A DNA stretch of 64,000 nt from Paraspadella gotoi (taxonomy: Eukaryota > Animalia > Chaetognatha): positions 12,526,263 to 12,590,262 of the forward strand of contig CM119264.1 in assembly GCA_051294375.1 (NCBI GenBank), given 5' to 3'. The notes under the pieces are model-generated. The model searched no databases and had not been told where the DNA came from. It saw only the letters and a program-made list of their open reading frames with translations. Both the position numbers and the translations under genes were made by a program. This document shows positions 11,917-26,128 of the stretch, one piece after another (position 1 is the stretch's first letter; every line of letters starts with the position of its first letter).

Positions 11917-14021
11917 GAGTCATATACTCAGCCTCTCCCGGATGCAGGCCGTCCACCGGAGCAGCGGCGCGCGGCTGCCGACCGACTCACTTCTCCTTCC
12001 GGACTTCTCCCGCTCGGATCAGGAGATTTTCTCTCTCTCAATGGTGAGTCGGGCTTCTTCCGGTCGAAGTCGCGAGCGATCGGGCCCGGATTTCTCTCTC
12101 TCTCCTCTCTCTCTCTCTCCTCTCTCTCTCTCTTCTCTCCTCTCTCTCTCTCTCTCTCCTCCACCAACAACGACAAGTCAAGTTCTCACCATTTTTTGGA
12201 GGAAACAGATTTTAAGCGCTTCATTAGGCGCTAGAGAACTAATAGTCATTACTCACTAGATAAGGCAAAACAAACTGGCCTCGGCTGTGTAAATCACTTA
12301 CATCAATTGGGATTTTATGTCAAATGGTGAATGACCTTTCCTTTAAAAAAATTTACATTTGGCTTTTAGTCAGTTTGTTGCTTCAATAAAGCCAAATACA
12401 ATTAAAAACAGTTTTTAAAAAAGAAATTTTGATTGAAGCGTTTGGACAATTCTGAAAGTTTATAGTTAAATTCCTAAGTTTCTTGGAAAACTTTAGCGCG
12501 TTTGACTCTAAACCCAAGAAAGATGTTTGTCAAAATCCTGGCGACCTTAAGGAGGACCAGTGATAGCAGGGGGGTAAAAAGCTGAAAACATTACGTTGAC
12601 CCTTTAACTTAAGCTGGTTCTGATCATATAATTTTCATATCATTTGGAGAATAGTTAAAAATTCATAAAACTCAGGGAGCTTAATTTTCTTATAAAAATT
12701 GTAAACAAAATCTTTTTCAAGTTTAAAATTTTTTTTTCCAAAAAAGGGTAAGATCTAATTTTAAAAAGATTTCAGCTTTTTTCACAAAAATTTTATAAGA
12801 AAAAAAAACTAGGAATGAATCAAAATTTAAGGTATCGGACTGATTTTATTTAAACTTTCTTTTCAAAGATTCTGTTAATTGGATGAAAATAAACTCTTTG
12901 AAGTATATAAATATAAAAGAAGAAAAGATTCTGTATTTTTGCTAAATTTTAATTGTTTAATTAGGATGCAATCAATATGAGTTTAATTATACATTTAAGT
13001 GAATATGAATAAAATTAATAATAGAAATTAACATAATAATTACTTTTTCCAATATTGCTAAAATATTATAAACAGAATTGTAAAAATTTAGCTCTAAGAC
13101 AAAAGTGGGACTGGACTTACACGGAGTAATTGAAATCATCTGCTGCATTTCTAATCAGAATCAATTATATTTTTGCTACTTTTATAGAGTAGAGTGGTAG
13201 GGAAAAAGGTAGAGAAGAAAGGAAAGGATGACACAGAAAATATGAGGGTAGAAAACGTTGGAGAAAGGGGTAGAAAAAGTCAGAGAGGAAAAGAGAGAAA
13301 AAGAGGAAGTTCGAAAAAAAAGTTGAGAAAGAAAGAAAATAAGAAAAGGAGTGAAAAACAAAAGAAAAAAAATTTTATAATATAGCGTGCCATTTTTGCC
13401 AAAGCAGTAGTATATCTAAAATACGCACAGATCTTACGAGCAATTTGATCTCTAAAATTGCTCTTGCCATGAAAAAATATTTTTAGTTTCATCTTAATTA
13501 AGTGCGGATACCCGTAATAAGAATGATTGTCAAAAAATATTGTTACCGTATTTTTTGAAAACATAGAAATTCACACCAGTGAGATCTATGTTATGAGGAG
13601 AAGATAGAATATATATAAATAGAAGATGTTTCATATTTATCAAGGGAAAAAGAAATAATAGTTATTTAAGTTCCAATTTCATTGTTGAAAATACCCGTAT
13701 AAAAATCACTGCCTATCAAAACAATTTCTTGAAAGAAAGACTCCCCGGATCCCGCGGAACCCATGATCGATCCGCTCGGAGGCAGAGAGAAAAAGACTCG
13801 GCGGTGACGAGGGTAAAGAGAGAGAGAAGAGAGTAGTTTGTGCCCTGAGGCTCCGATCGGATCGACTCTGCCGTCGCGCGAGATCCGGGAGACAGGGAGA
13901 AGGAAGAGGAAGAGGAGTAAGAAGAGCCGAGCGAAGTAAGTCGAAGGCGGGGAGAAGCCGATCGGTCCGCAGCGCGCTGCTCCGGAGGCTGCGCTGATAC
14001 GAGGCTTCTGAGTAAAGCCAT

Positions 14022-14068
<47 letters not shown>

Positions 14069-14236
14069 CGGGCCCGAATCCTCCGACTTCGAACGGAAGA
14101 AGCCCGACTCACCAAAAAGAGAGAAAAATCTCCCTGATCCGAGCCGGAAGAAGTCCCGGAAGGAGAAGTGAGTCGGTCGGCAGCCGGACGCCGCTGCTGC
14201 GTGGACCTGCATCCGGGAGAGCTGAGTATATGACTC
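11917..14236. mobile_element. Second copy of the GAG...CTC TIR element (block A copy 2)
   Basis: gagtcatatactcag at 11917 and ctgagtatatgactc ending at 14236, with (CT)n on both sides. Confidence 0.55.
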
Positions 14237-14272
<36 letters not shown>

Positions 14273-14667
14273 CTCTCTTTCTCTTTTTTTCTCTTTTAAT
14301 CTTTTTTTTCCTTTTCTTTTTTTCCTCATGAACTTCCTTCCCCAGCGTCGCCGGAGGTTGTTCATAAAACTGAAAACCGCTAATGAGTCTAACGAGGAAT
14401 CCTGGATCGTAAACGTCGAAGGAAGAGGAACGAGTCTTAAATCCTCCACCTGTCCTTTGTTTTTTTTCTCTTTCTTTGCCGTCAGTTTCGATCGTCACGC
14501 GATTTTCATTTCGTTTTCCCGACGAACGTAGGACAAAACGATAGAACGCGAAGAGGTCGCTGGGTGGTTGACCCTGATCGAGAAGACCGAATTGACCAGT
14601 TTTTGACCACAAACAGCTTTGACTCCACATAATCAGGCTCTCTCTCTCTCTCTTCTTCTCTCCTCTC

Positions 14668-14719
<52 letters not shown>

Positions 14720-15589
14720 TCTCTTCTCTCACTTCTTTTCAACGGATTAATATGTCACTGACATTTTCTCAACTGCAACAAAGTTAATCACCTGATCATT
14801 TCGTTTTCGTTACTAAACGCGCTTTGTTCGCCTAAAAACGACGTACACCATCGGTATTTATCAAAAGTCTCCTCTGTATTTCTTTTTATTTATTTCTTTT
14901 TCTTTTTTAGTGTTATTTGTTTTTTTTTTTGCTTTTTTTTCTATTTTTTTTTTTTTTTTCATGTCTTGATCGATCGTTCCCCTTCCTCTCACTTTTTCTG
15001 ACTTTTCGTTCCTCCATTTTTTTCTCCTCTTATTTTCCTCCAGTCCTTGCTCTTTTTACAGATCGGCCTTGAAAATCCTGCGTCTCTCTCTCTTCTCTCT
15101 CCGTCTCTCTCTCTCTCTTTCTTCTCTCGTTATTCTCTCATCTCTCTCCTCTCTTCTCCTCTCTCTCTCTCCTCGTCATCACTCTCTCTCTCTCTCTTCT
15201 CTTGTTGCCCTTTTCATTTCTTTTAAAGGGGCCGTTCAAAAAAATGCCAAACAAACGGAAGGAAACTTTTTTTTCTTTTTAAACTTCTCCCCGGGCCGCC
15301 GTTGTTCTCACTCACACGACTGTCTCTGTCTCGCTCTCTCTCTCTGTCTTTTTGACAAAGGAACGTTGGCTTAAACGCCATTTTTTCTTCTATTTATAAA
15401 AACAAGAACAACGACAACAAGGCTTCGCTAACGAGGGGCCTCGTCTTCTTGGTCGATTAATCGCGTGTCCAAAAATGGTTAAAGCCTTCATGAAAAATAG
15501 AGTTCATTTTAAAAATGGAGTTTCTCCTTCTCATTTTCCTTTTTTTTAATCTTTTTTTCTTTCTTTTTTCTTCTTTCTTCCTTTTTTTC

Positions 15590-15733
<144 letters not shown>

Positions 15734-15835
15734 TTATTTATTCTACTGTACTTATTTTCCCTTTTTTATTAAAAAATAATGTACTTAATGTTCTCCACTT
15801 CTATTTAAATTAAAAATTCTGCCTTGAGTTACATA

Positions 15836-15994
15836 CAGTGTGTCCCAATGGTACTGTCTGTTAATAAAAGCTTCCTGCTCCTATACCAGATCGAAAACTT
15901 TAATTTATTATAATGAATATATATATAATTATATATATATATATTTTTTTTTAACATGTAAAAGTTTAACCGACAGTACCATTGGGACACACTG
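15836..15994. mobile_element. 159-bp Tc1/mariner-type MITE with TA target-site duplication
   Basis: TA|CAGTGTGTCCCAATGGTACTGTCTGTTAA ... TTAACCGACAGTACCATTGGGACACACTG|TA. The TIR is 29 bp with one mismatch; CAGTG termini and TA flanks are Tc1-like. Confidence 0.88.
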
Positions 15995-16673
15995 TATATA
16001 CCTAAAATAAATCACCAATAAAAACGAATAAATACGCCTCTTTTCACCGCAGCGAGGGATTTTCCACAAAAATTAATGAATTTTAAATAATTTTCCGCCG
16101 CATTTCCCGAATTTTCCACGAAAATTCCTTCTCTTATTCCGCATCATCCGATTTCCCTTGCCTTATGCAAATGGAAATTTCTTTCTCTCTCTCTCTCTCT
16201 CAGGCGCACTCTCTCTCTCTCTCTCTCTTCTCTCTTCTTCCTCTCTCTTCGTGTTTTTCTTCGCAACGTCTTTTAAGCTTCCTCCTTTTTCTCTCTCTAC
16301 CCCCCCTTCGTCTCCTTCTCTCCTCGCAGCTTCTCCACCCTCCATCTCTTTCTCCCGTTGGAGAGCAAAGTCGTATAGATTTCAAAATTTACGATAAATC
16401 AGATTTTGTAAGAAGAGATTTTGCATTTTCGAGGTCTATGGCTAATCCGGAAGGGAGGAGGAGGAGGAGGAGGAGGAGGAGGAGGAGAGGAGGGAGGTCA
16501 GGAGGGGGGGGAGGGGGGAAGGCGACGGATGAAAAACTAGAAGGAAAATAAAATTGAAAGCGAAAAGTGGAAGAGGAAGCAGGGAGGAAGGAAGAATAAA
16601 AAGGAAGAGGAAAGAGAAAAATAAGAGTAGGCGAAAGATTAGGAAGAGGGAATAGGCTTGGGATAGAGCAGCA

Positions 16674-16712
<39 letters not shown>

Positions 16713-18929
16713 TGTAAGGCGAGTGAAAAAGTGCAATAAAGAAGCCAACCTCTCTTTTGTTGTCCCTTTAGACTCGCGCCTTTTACAACTAGTTCCCCTT
16801 TTTTCTATTCTCCTTGGCGCTGGCCATGGTTAAGGTAGCAGTAAAACGTTATTTTTAGATTACAAGAATTATAGTATTTTAAAAAAGAAAGCTTATATTT
16901 TATCAATAATTTATTTTATTTATATTTGTGATAGTTTTTTAAAAAAAATCTTATGCAACTTTAAAATAAAATGAAATTCAAATAAGTTTTTTTACAATAA
17001 ATAATAATCTTTTAATTTAATTTTTTATCTTTTTTATTATTTTTTTCTAACACCCTGATTATGCTCAATACCCCTTACATCCTTTGTGCCGTTGATTATA
17101 CGGCGCGGGTTGAGGACGACCAGGGACCAAGTGTGATCATCCGAGCTGTTCGAGACTTTATACTAAAATCAGTTTAACATCGATGGCATTCACAATCTAA
17201 AAGTCTCACACTTGATAGACTGTCAGAGTGTCACACAGAAGATTTTTAAAACTATCACTACGTATACAAATAAATAAATAAACGAAATTAAATTAAATAT
17301 TCCAATTTCTGTTCAGGAATAGTGAAAAAATATCAATATTTTTTTATTTAGGTTTTTTTTTATCTATCCATGACAGACTCAACACTGGACAGAGTTCGAC
17401 GTCCTTTCTCGTCATCTTCGGAACGAACGCCCGTTTTTTTATTATTAAGCTCTTGTCACATCGAGAGGGACAAAAAAAATATAATCTGTAGCATTGGACG
17501 TGATATTATCAGAATGAACTTAAAACAACAATTTAAACATAAACCTCAACAACAACCCATAGAATGTAAAGCACGGTTCGTTTCGTCGTTCTTCTCTATA
17601 TAAATCGCAGTAAACAAATCTCTTACGCAAATGATGAAATATTCCGAACGTCCGCGACTCGAAGGTGTTGGGCTGGGGGGCCGAGGGGGGGGGGAATACC
17701 AAAGGAGGAGGCGACGAAGAGGGGTGGGAGACGTCGGTCTCCCAAAACCAACGAATTCATATCCATCAAAATTTATTCGGAAAGGAAGAGATAAATTCGA
17801 GTTGAGGGGTAGGTGGAGGGGCGAAAAGGGATTCGTGAGACGATGGGTAAGGTACCGAGGTAAGTTAGAACGACGGACGCGCCCAGAAAAAAGGAATACA
17901 GGTTGTCGGGGTTAGTTGAAAGAAACGACGTAGAAAGTAAATACACGCCGCGACTTGCGAAGGCAAATCAGGTTTTTAATCAGCGAAAATATAAATTTGA
18001 TCAAAAAATCGTCACGTGTTTTCGTAGAATAAATTAATAGGCAGGGCGAGAAAGAGAGATGACGAGAGAGAGAGAGAAGAGAGAGAATAGTGGAGTAGAT
18101 GACGAGAGTAGAGTAGAGAGAGAGACGATAGACTTTGAGTATGAGAGAACAAGAGAGAGAGAGGAAAGCAACGTAATCTGAATACATTATTGATTGGATT
18201 CTGTTTTCATAACTGCAAAAGGCCGGAAAAGGAAAGATAATGACCAGGATGTGGTTACGAAAAAAAAATCCAATTTGTCACGTATAGAGGCGAAAGCCAG
18301 AGAGAGAGAGAGACCGAGAGACAGAGAGACAGAGACAGACAGAGAGACAGAGAGAAAAGAAACAGAGAGAGAAGACTGGAAGTCATAACTATTAACTTTG
18401 CAATAGATAAGAAATGTATTTTTGACAAAAGAAAGACAACTAAGATTCACTTTTTTTTGTCGAGCTGGCACTCTCTGTCTGAGCTGGCAGTCTCTTTTTC
18501 CGTCTGTTTGTCAGTCTCTCTGTCTGTTCAATCGATCGTATTTCCATGGCTGGTTCCGCTAAGTCTGGCAGAGGCGCCTCCTTGTTTGTATCCGATTTTA
18601 CGTTAAAAACACCGGTAATGTTACTTGTCACTAGTTGCAGTTCTATTGTATTTAATATTTTTGAAAAAACCGACAAAGAAGAGGAAAATTAAAAACACAA
18701 AAAAACTACTTTGATCCAGTTTCACCGATGGAGGCGAACGAATGTTCAAGACAGGGACAACAATGAAGCAAACGACGACGACGACGACGACGACAACGAC
18801 GACGACAACGACGACGACAATGGACAATTTTCGTTCTCGTCTCCCTTTCCTTTATTCCTCTTTTTTTCTCGCTTTTATTTCCACTTTTTTATCTCCATTT
18901 TCGATTCATCTTTTTTTCTTTTTGATTGT

Positions 18930-18995
<66 letters not shown>

Positions 18996-20069
18996 ATCCG
19001 CCCATTTTTCGATCCAAAGCAAGTCAATCAATATGAGTTCGCCTGATTTCCAAATCGTTTTGTACCATTTTTTCCTCCATGGAATTTTCCTTTTGCGTGT
19101 CATTCCTTTTTAGTATTTTTCCAACATTGCTGGCAACAAAAGTCCAGTCATGACTTCATAGATTCATCCGTATTTTTTTCTCCTAAATATTTTTATTTCA
19201 CTCTTTATCTCTCACTTCGTCTTCTTTCCATGGTTGGCTAACTGAACTTTTTACTCTCCAAACTATGAGACGACTTTTTCGATCGCTTTTTTCCTAACGT
19301 AAAAATCAGAAATTTTGGGCAGAAAGAAAAACCGGTTCGAACGTTATCATTTGAAAGAAACTGCAAGCGCAACAGTTGAAAATAGTAAGTCTTGAAAAAT
19401 GAATTAGTGAATATTATTAACAGGTAACTGTTATATTTTCTGGAAGAAACTTATTCACGGTAGGGCAGAGAGGATGTGAAAGAAACAAAAAAAGTGCCAT
19501 CTCTGAAACCTATAAAATCTTTAAGTATACCCAAGAGACACTTAATGTGGTAGGTCAGCAAAATTCGATAAAGGCAGGATTTTTTTCAAATGCTAATTAA
19601 AGTTTTTGTGAATATGCTTACAATTTTAATGTCGATGTGAGTTTATACATTTAAAGAATATGAAATATTCTCAAAGATGAAAGAAAGGCGAGCGATATCT
19701 AAATAAAAATATTACCACGCCACTTTTTTCCACAGTGTCACGTCGTTCCAAAATGGAAAAAAAATTCGATTTCACTGTTGATGCTAACTACGCTGAACTT
19801 TCGGTGACTGGTGAAAGAGCACAGAGACGGATTTTCAAGGTCGATTGAGAAAACGTGAAAAAAAACCTCTTGAATCGCGAGTTCCTTTTTTTTCACGAGT
19901 CATTTATCAGCGCGGGTTTTCCTTCTCATAAGTTTGGGCCGAAATGCGAGGTAGAGACGAGATCGAGTTTCAAAGCCTCCATTCGGAGGAGAGAAAGGAA
20001 AAGGAAGGAAAGGAGAAAGGGAAAAGGGAGGAAGGGAGATAAAGAAGAAAAACAGAGGCAGAGAGAAAA

Positions 20070-20148
<79 letters not shown>

Positions 20149-20882
20149 AGAATACCAATTCTTCAGTACGATTATAGGACTTCGTTTCTTGATATGAAAA
20201 TAAGAATTGAAACAATTAAACGTCAGCGAGGAAATAAGAGAAGAAAGAAACAAGAGGAAGCATGATGGAAAGGATCTAGAGATAAGAAGGAAAGAGTAGA
20301 AAAGCTAAGTTATGGAAAATAAAAAGCTTTTAAAAAGAAAAATGTAAAAAAGGAAAAGATTTACGAAAAAAAAAAAAGGAAAAGAGGGGAGGGACCAAAA
20401 AAAAAAACGAAACAAAGTTGATGATTCCGACAAACGACGAAGGCGACGACGACGACGACTAAGATGACAATAAAAAGACGATGATGACGACGACGACGAC
20501 GACGACGACGGGGATTTTCAAATCCAATTACATGAACGACGTTTTCGATCAACATGAAGGATGAGTCCCAATCGACATGACATCCGAGATGAGAGAGAGG
20601 AAGAAGAAACGGCGACGGTAGACGGACGACGACGAAACGACGACGTAAGACGACGACGACGACGACGACGACGAGACGACGACGCGGACGGTTTAGTCGA
20701 CCTCGGATAAGAAGGAAAAAGAAAATTTGACCAAAACGAATGCGAAAAGGGAAAAGGAGGGAGGGGAGGGGGGGTGGAGGAAGAGGAGGATTAACGAGGA
20801 AAAAGATGCGGCGGGTTTGTGGATCGATCATTCCGACGAAGGGAAGGGAAGGAGAGAGAGAGAGAGAAGAGAGAGAGAGAGG

Positions 20883-20952
<70 letters not shown>

Positions 20953-22197
20953 AGAAGCCGGGGTTTGACGATGGCTCGAGTTAGATTGGAATTGGCATCG
21001 ACGATCGGGAATCGGGCTGAAAGGACGGATTAAGAGGCAGGGGTTGAGGCTTGGGTGGTCGGAAGGAGGAAAAGAGAAAAAGAAGGGAAGGAGGAAAGGA
21101 AAGGGAAGGAGAAAAAGAGGTTGGGTCAATCGAAGAAAGAAGGGACATTTCAGCTTGGAACGCCGAGTCGATTTCCGCTGTCTCCGCTTGGGACACGTTG
21201 GTCGCAATCACGGATTTTTGGCTCGGTCGCTTCGGGTCGATCGGATGGAACTCCGGGTGGGTCAAGAGTGGGCACTGAATGGCGAGAGAAGGAAGGGTCA
21301 GAGGAAGGGTCCTGTTGGGACTCGGCCAGGAATAGACTCGGACAAAAAAATAACAAAAGGCCAACGAATCAAAACAAAAAAAAAATTCCTCGACACGCAG
21401 AAAGCGAAAAAGAGGAGCAAAAGAAAACAAGAAAATTTCGTCGAAAAAGTTTATATGCAACCTCGTGTTATTTTTTTTTTCGTCTTTCCTCTGATATCGT
21501 GCTGGACTTTTACTTCCTGAATTTTCTTTTATGACTCTTTAAAATTATTTGGCATTACTTTGACTCGTCAATTTATTTTCTTAAAGCCAAATCCGCTTCG
21601 TTATTTATTTATTTTTTATAATGCTTTGAATCCAAGAAATCCATATGATAAGGATATCCTGGCAGCTTGTGTAGATTCTCGCTGTTTTTAAAGTTTTTTT
21701 TCCGAAAAAGCAGTTCTCATAAAAGTTTGAGCCGTTTCGTCTTCTGTCCAGACACAGTCATTCCATTGTGGGGATAAGTAAATTATAAAATTTTAAAAAG
21801 AAGTAAAAGATATATTACACAAACACTAAAACTTGGTACAAAGTTTCATTGAAGCCTTTGAATTCAATTTGAATATTATATATTGTATATTAAAGACCTC
21901 AATTGCATTTGGTGTAAAAACCAATAATTCTTTCCCGATTTACATACAAGTTTGAAATAAATTGTATATGAGTAAGTTACAATTGGTTTTTCCAATCAAC
22001 TACAAATTGTGGACAGCTCGCTTTTACCGAAGTCAAGATTTTCCGATATCGGAAAAATAAGGCATCAAATAAAATTCTAAAAAAATAATATTCCGGCAAA
22101 AAGCGGAAATTTATTATTGGTTCCAAAGAAAAGGAGAGGGCGCTAAGAGAAAGAATGAAGGAAAGAAAGAGGGAAAGAATATAAGAATTAGAAAATT

Positions 22198-22212
22198 AAA
22201 TAAATAAATGAA

Positions 22213-22295
<83 letters not shown>

Positions 22296-22357
22296 ATTAA
22301 ATAATTAAATAAATAAATAAATTAAATAATAAAATAAATGATTAAATAATTAAATAA

Positions 22358-22441
<84 letters not shown>

Positions 22442-22462
22442 ATTAAATAATTAAATAAATAA
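22198..22462. repeat. (AAAT)n microsatellite
   Basis: Direct. Confidence 0.95.
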
Positions 22463-22484
22463 AGAAAGAAAGAAAGAAAGACAG

Positions 22485-22529
<45 letters not shown>

Positions 22530-22824
22530 GAGACGGAGAGATTCCCATCGCCGGCGTCGCCCCTCGAAAAAGGATTATAGAAAAACAAATCAAATCTCAT
22601 TTGCATTTTAATGTCTTTATGGAATCATGGAAGACGAAATAAATACGACGCAAGAAGCGAGGTTTAAAAAGAGGGCGGTTTCTGCGGCGGCAGCTGAGGC
22701 GGCTGAGGCGGTTGAGGCGGCAGCGGAAGCAACGAAAAAAACATTTTGTTTAGAAATTATTGCTTTTTGAAAGAGAGAGAAAGAGAGAGAAAGAGTGAGA
22801 GAGAAATGAGAGTGAGAGAGAAAT

Positions 22825-22871
<47 letters not shown>

Positions 22872-23185
22872 ATGAACAGCGAAAGTAAATTGATAAAACT
22901 ATTCGAATATTAATAATAAAAAAGTTTTTTCCGCGTCGTTTGAAACATGATTTTCGCGGCGAATGTCAGAGTCGGCACGAACGCCCCCACGATGTGCGGC
23001 GCTCCAGTCGCGGAGAAACGTTTTAATTTTCGAGAAACGTGGCGGTGCCAAACAAAAGAGCAGCAGAGGGAGAAGGGTGAGAAAATGAGGAAATCGGAAA
23101 CAGAAGGCTAATTGGGTTGTCCAACGCACGCGATGATTAAATTTTTAAATAAAATAACTGACAACAAAGCCAAACAGAAAGCATA

Positions 23186-23797
23186 GGCCTGTGCAAAAAA
23201 ACAAAAACAAAAAACGTGCCACTTTATAACTTTAAATTCCAAACGCTCTATAAAAATATTTTAAAAAATTATATAATAAAAATAATTTTAAAAAAAGGAT
23301 TCAATATGTATAAATTTTATTACAATCGGTCAAGTGGTTTAGGAGATATGATTTTTTAAACTTGAGTGTTCCAAAACCAAACGGGAAAATTAACTTTTAT
23401 CTAAAAGCTTAGGAATCATAGACCTGTCATTTCTTATAAGTTTCAATAACTTTAAGATTATCATTTAAGGATTAGGGGTAATCCAGTTATTCAGCTATGC
23501 CCCTCGGATGTCCAGTGTATTTTTTTTTCATTTTTAATCTACTACAAATAATTCAAAATATTAAAAGAAAAAAGATTTGTCTTAAATCTATCAGATTTTT
23601 TCACGTTTAGCTTTGCGGTTTTTCATTTAAAAAAATGACTGCTCCTAAACGGATGTTCCGATTTTAATCAACTATATGCCAAACTTATCATCTTTCAATA
23701 AACTTTAATTCAATTTAAATTTGTTTTAAAAATTCAAGTATATAGGGTGATTTTTAAAGCCTGAAATAAAGTGGCGCGATTTTTTTGAACATGACTT
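23186..23797. mobile_element. Degenerate TA-flanked MITE or fold-back element (~610 bp), Tc1/mariner-like
   Basis: Left end ta|ggcctgtgcaaaaaaa...cgtgccactttat versus reverse complement of the right end ta|aagtcatgttcaaaaaaatcgcgccactttat. A nested inverted pair aatcgg..gtttaggag..attttttaaa occurs at ~23324-23360 and ~23627-23663. Confidence 0.6.
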
Positions 23798-25996
23798 TAC
23801 AAAGAAAAACAAAAAAAAGCGACAAAACTTTACATGATTTAAAATTTTGTGGCTTTTTTGAATAATTTAAAATTTGCCAACATTTTGTTAAAATCTGTGT
23901 AAATTTTGTTTATATTCAGTCAAAATGAGGACATTTCTATCTCAATCTTTAATCCAGTGAAACTTTTCGGTTCGGCGACTTTTAAGAGTTCTATGACCTG
24001 TAAGGACTTCAGAGTTTTCGTCGTCCTGGTTATCGTAGGCAACATTATTATCAACATCGTCATCGTCATGATACATTCCATCTTGGAATTTTTACATTTT
24101 ATATCTGAAAAGCGAATATTGTTTTCAAAGGATTTCCGCTCTGGGGTCGTTAACAGTTGTTCACTACGGATTCTTTCCAACTTGGTAAATTCAGTCTTTA
24201 CCTCTTGTGAAATATTAAGATTTAGGACATTAATTCAATCCCATCTTAAGGAATCACGACGCCGTCAGAATTAGTTCAGTTCCCCTCTACTGCCGTCACA
24301 ACGCCACTTCCGTTATCCACACCCCTTTTTATCCGAGCCGTACAAATCGATGGCATGAGGCAATCACGTCTCATGAGTGATCCTCAACCATCAGAATTTC
24401 AATCAGCACCTCACTCTCCATACAATCAGCGACTTTCACAACACCCCGTCATTCTTATAAACCAATCATCATAACACCCTACCGTGCCATCCAGTTCTCT
24501 CGGTCACTCCCATGTACTCGCAATTCACAAAAGGATTTACTAGGTCCCCTCCGCCTTAGTCTCTCGTCTACAGGAATTGTCCGTGACCGAGATTTTCCTT
24601 TCGCTCGATAAAGTTTTCTTTTGAGCCTCGCCTTTCATTTTGGTTTCTCATACGCGTGACCTCGTCGAACTCTGGTGGGGGGGGGTTATATAGAAATATT
24701 TCATGAAAGTTTACGTGATTCTTCTTTTTAAAGGCTTTTTTATACTTTTACCTATCTTAGTAAACACAAAACTCACTGACAAATGAACTGCCGTCATAGA
24801 AAAAAATTTCGCTCCTTGGCATGTATGTACATATTTGCAGCCATCTTCCTGACCAAAAATCAACGGAACTTGAACTTATTTCTCAATCACGGAGAGTTCC
24901 TTTTTATACATCTAAGCCGACACCCCAATTTTTTTGGTACGACTCACTGCCATCCCTTGGCCTCGCTGCTTGGCCTTAAAACTCAATGACACATCTCGGC
25001 CAGACTTTTCTACCATCACATCGGAGCGACAAAGGCCCAGAGGTCGGGCCAGAAAATTGGCTTCAGATTCGCGGATCGAAAGGAATTCGGCGGAGGAAAA
25101 TAAAAGGGAAACAACAACGAGAGGGAATCATTGTGGTCGTAAATGTGGACGAGGGCCGAAGGGGGGGGGAGATGTGACGGGAGGGAGGGAGGAGCGTGGT
25201 GTGAGGACTCCGAGGGGTAAAAAAATGTGAAAGGAGGACAATGTGGTGATGAGGTGAAACCGGTGAGAGTTGGAGGGAGTTGTGAACACAACGCTTCGTA
25301 AGTGGACTGAAGGATACAATTCGTAACTTTTTTCCCAACCTAGCGAGCAATGGAACAGTTCCTGGGCTAGGAGATTTTCGAGGCCCCCAATGTCCAAGGG
25401 GGCTTAAGGAGGTCCTCACGCTTCCTTTTTGGATGATGATCATGAACTTCAGGGAAAATACGTAAAATCTTTTCTCCCGTCTCGCGAAAAAAAAACCCGG
25501 TCATTTAGTTTTTAGGTTTAAAATAAAGGTTTTTCTTTCATTCTATCTTTAATTTCATAACTCATAAGATATCTTTTTCACTGCAAGCTTATTTAAGCCG
25601 AACTTGAATTATCAGTTTATGTATTTTTACGAATATATAATCCAATAATATTTTTTTAATGTGCAAAATCGACAAATTTTTGTAATTTTAGGCCTGATAC
25701 GAGATGGAAAAAACGTAAAAAGGCTTTCCGACTTTTTCCCTTTTTATCCTTCTTTTCATTTTCTTTAAATGGTTTCTTCCCCACGAAAACCTACTAGAGT
25801 CCAGTCGTTTCCTTAAGTCAGTTTCCGCCGCGCGATTTGCGGGCGAGGTTGCGGGGTTTGCTCCGCTCGCAACTTACCCTCTCACACGAATCTCTTTGGT
25901 GAGGATCGAAAGGTTTTCTCGCGACTTCGATTCACGCCCGATTCGCGCCCGGCTCACGTTCCACTGCCAACGACCGAAGGAACAGTAAATTTTAAG

Positions 25997-26128
<132 letters not shown>

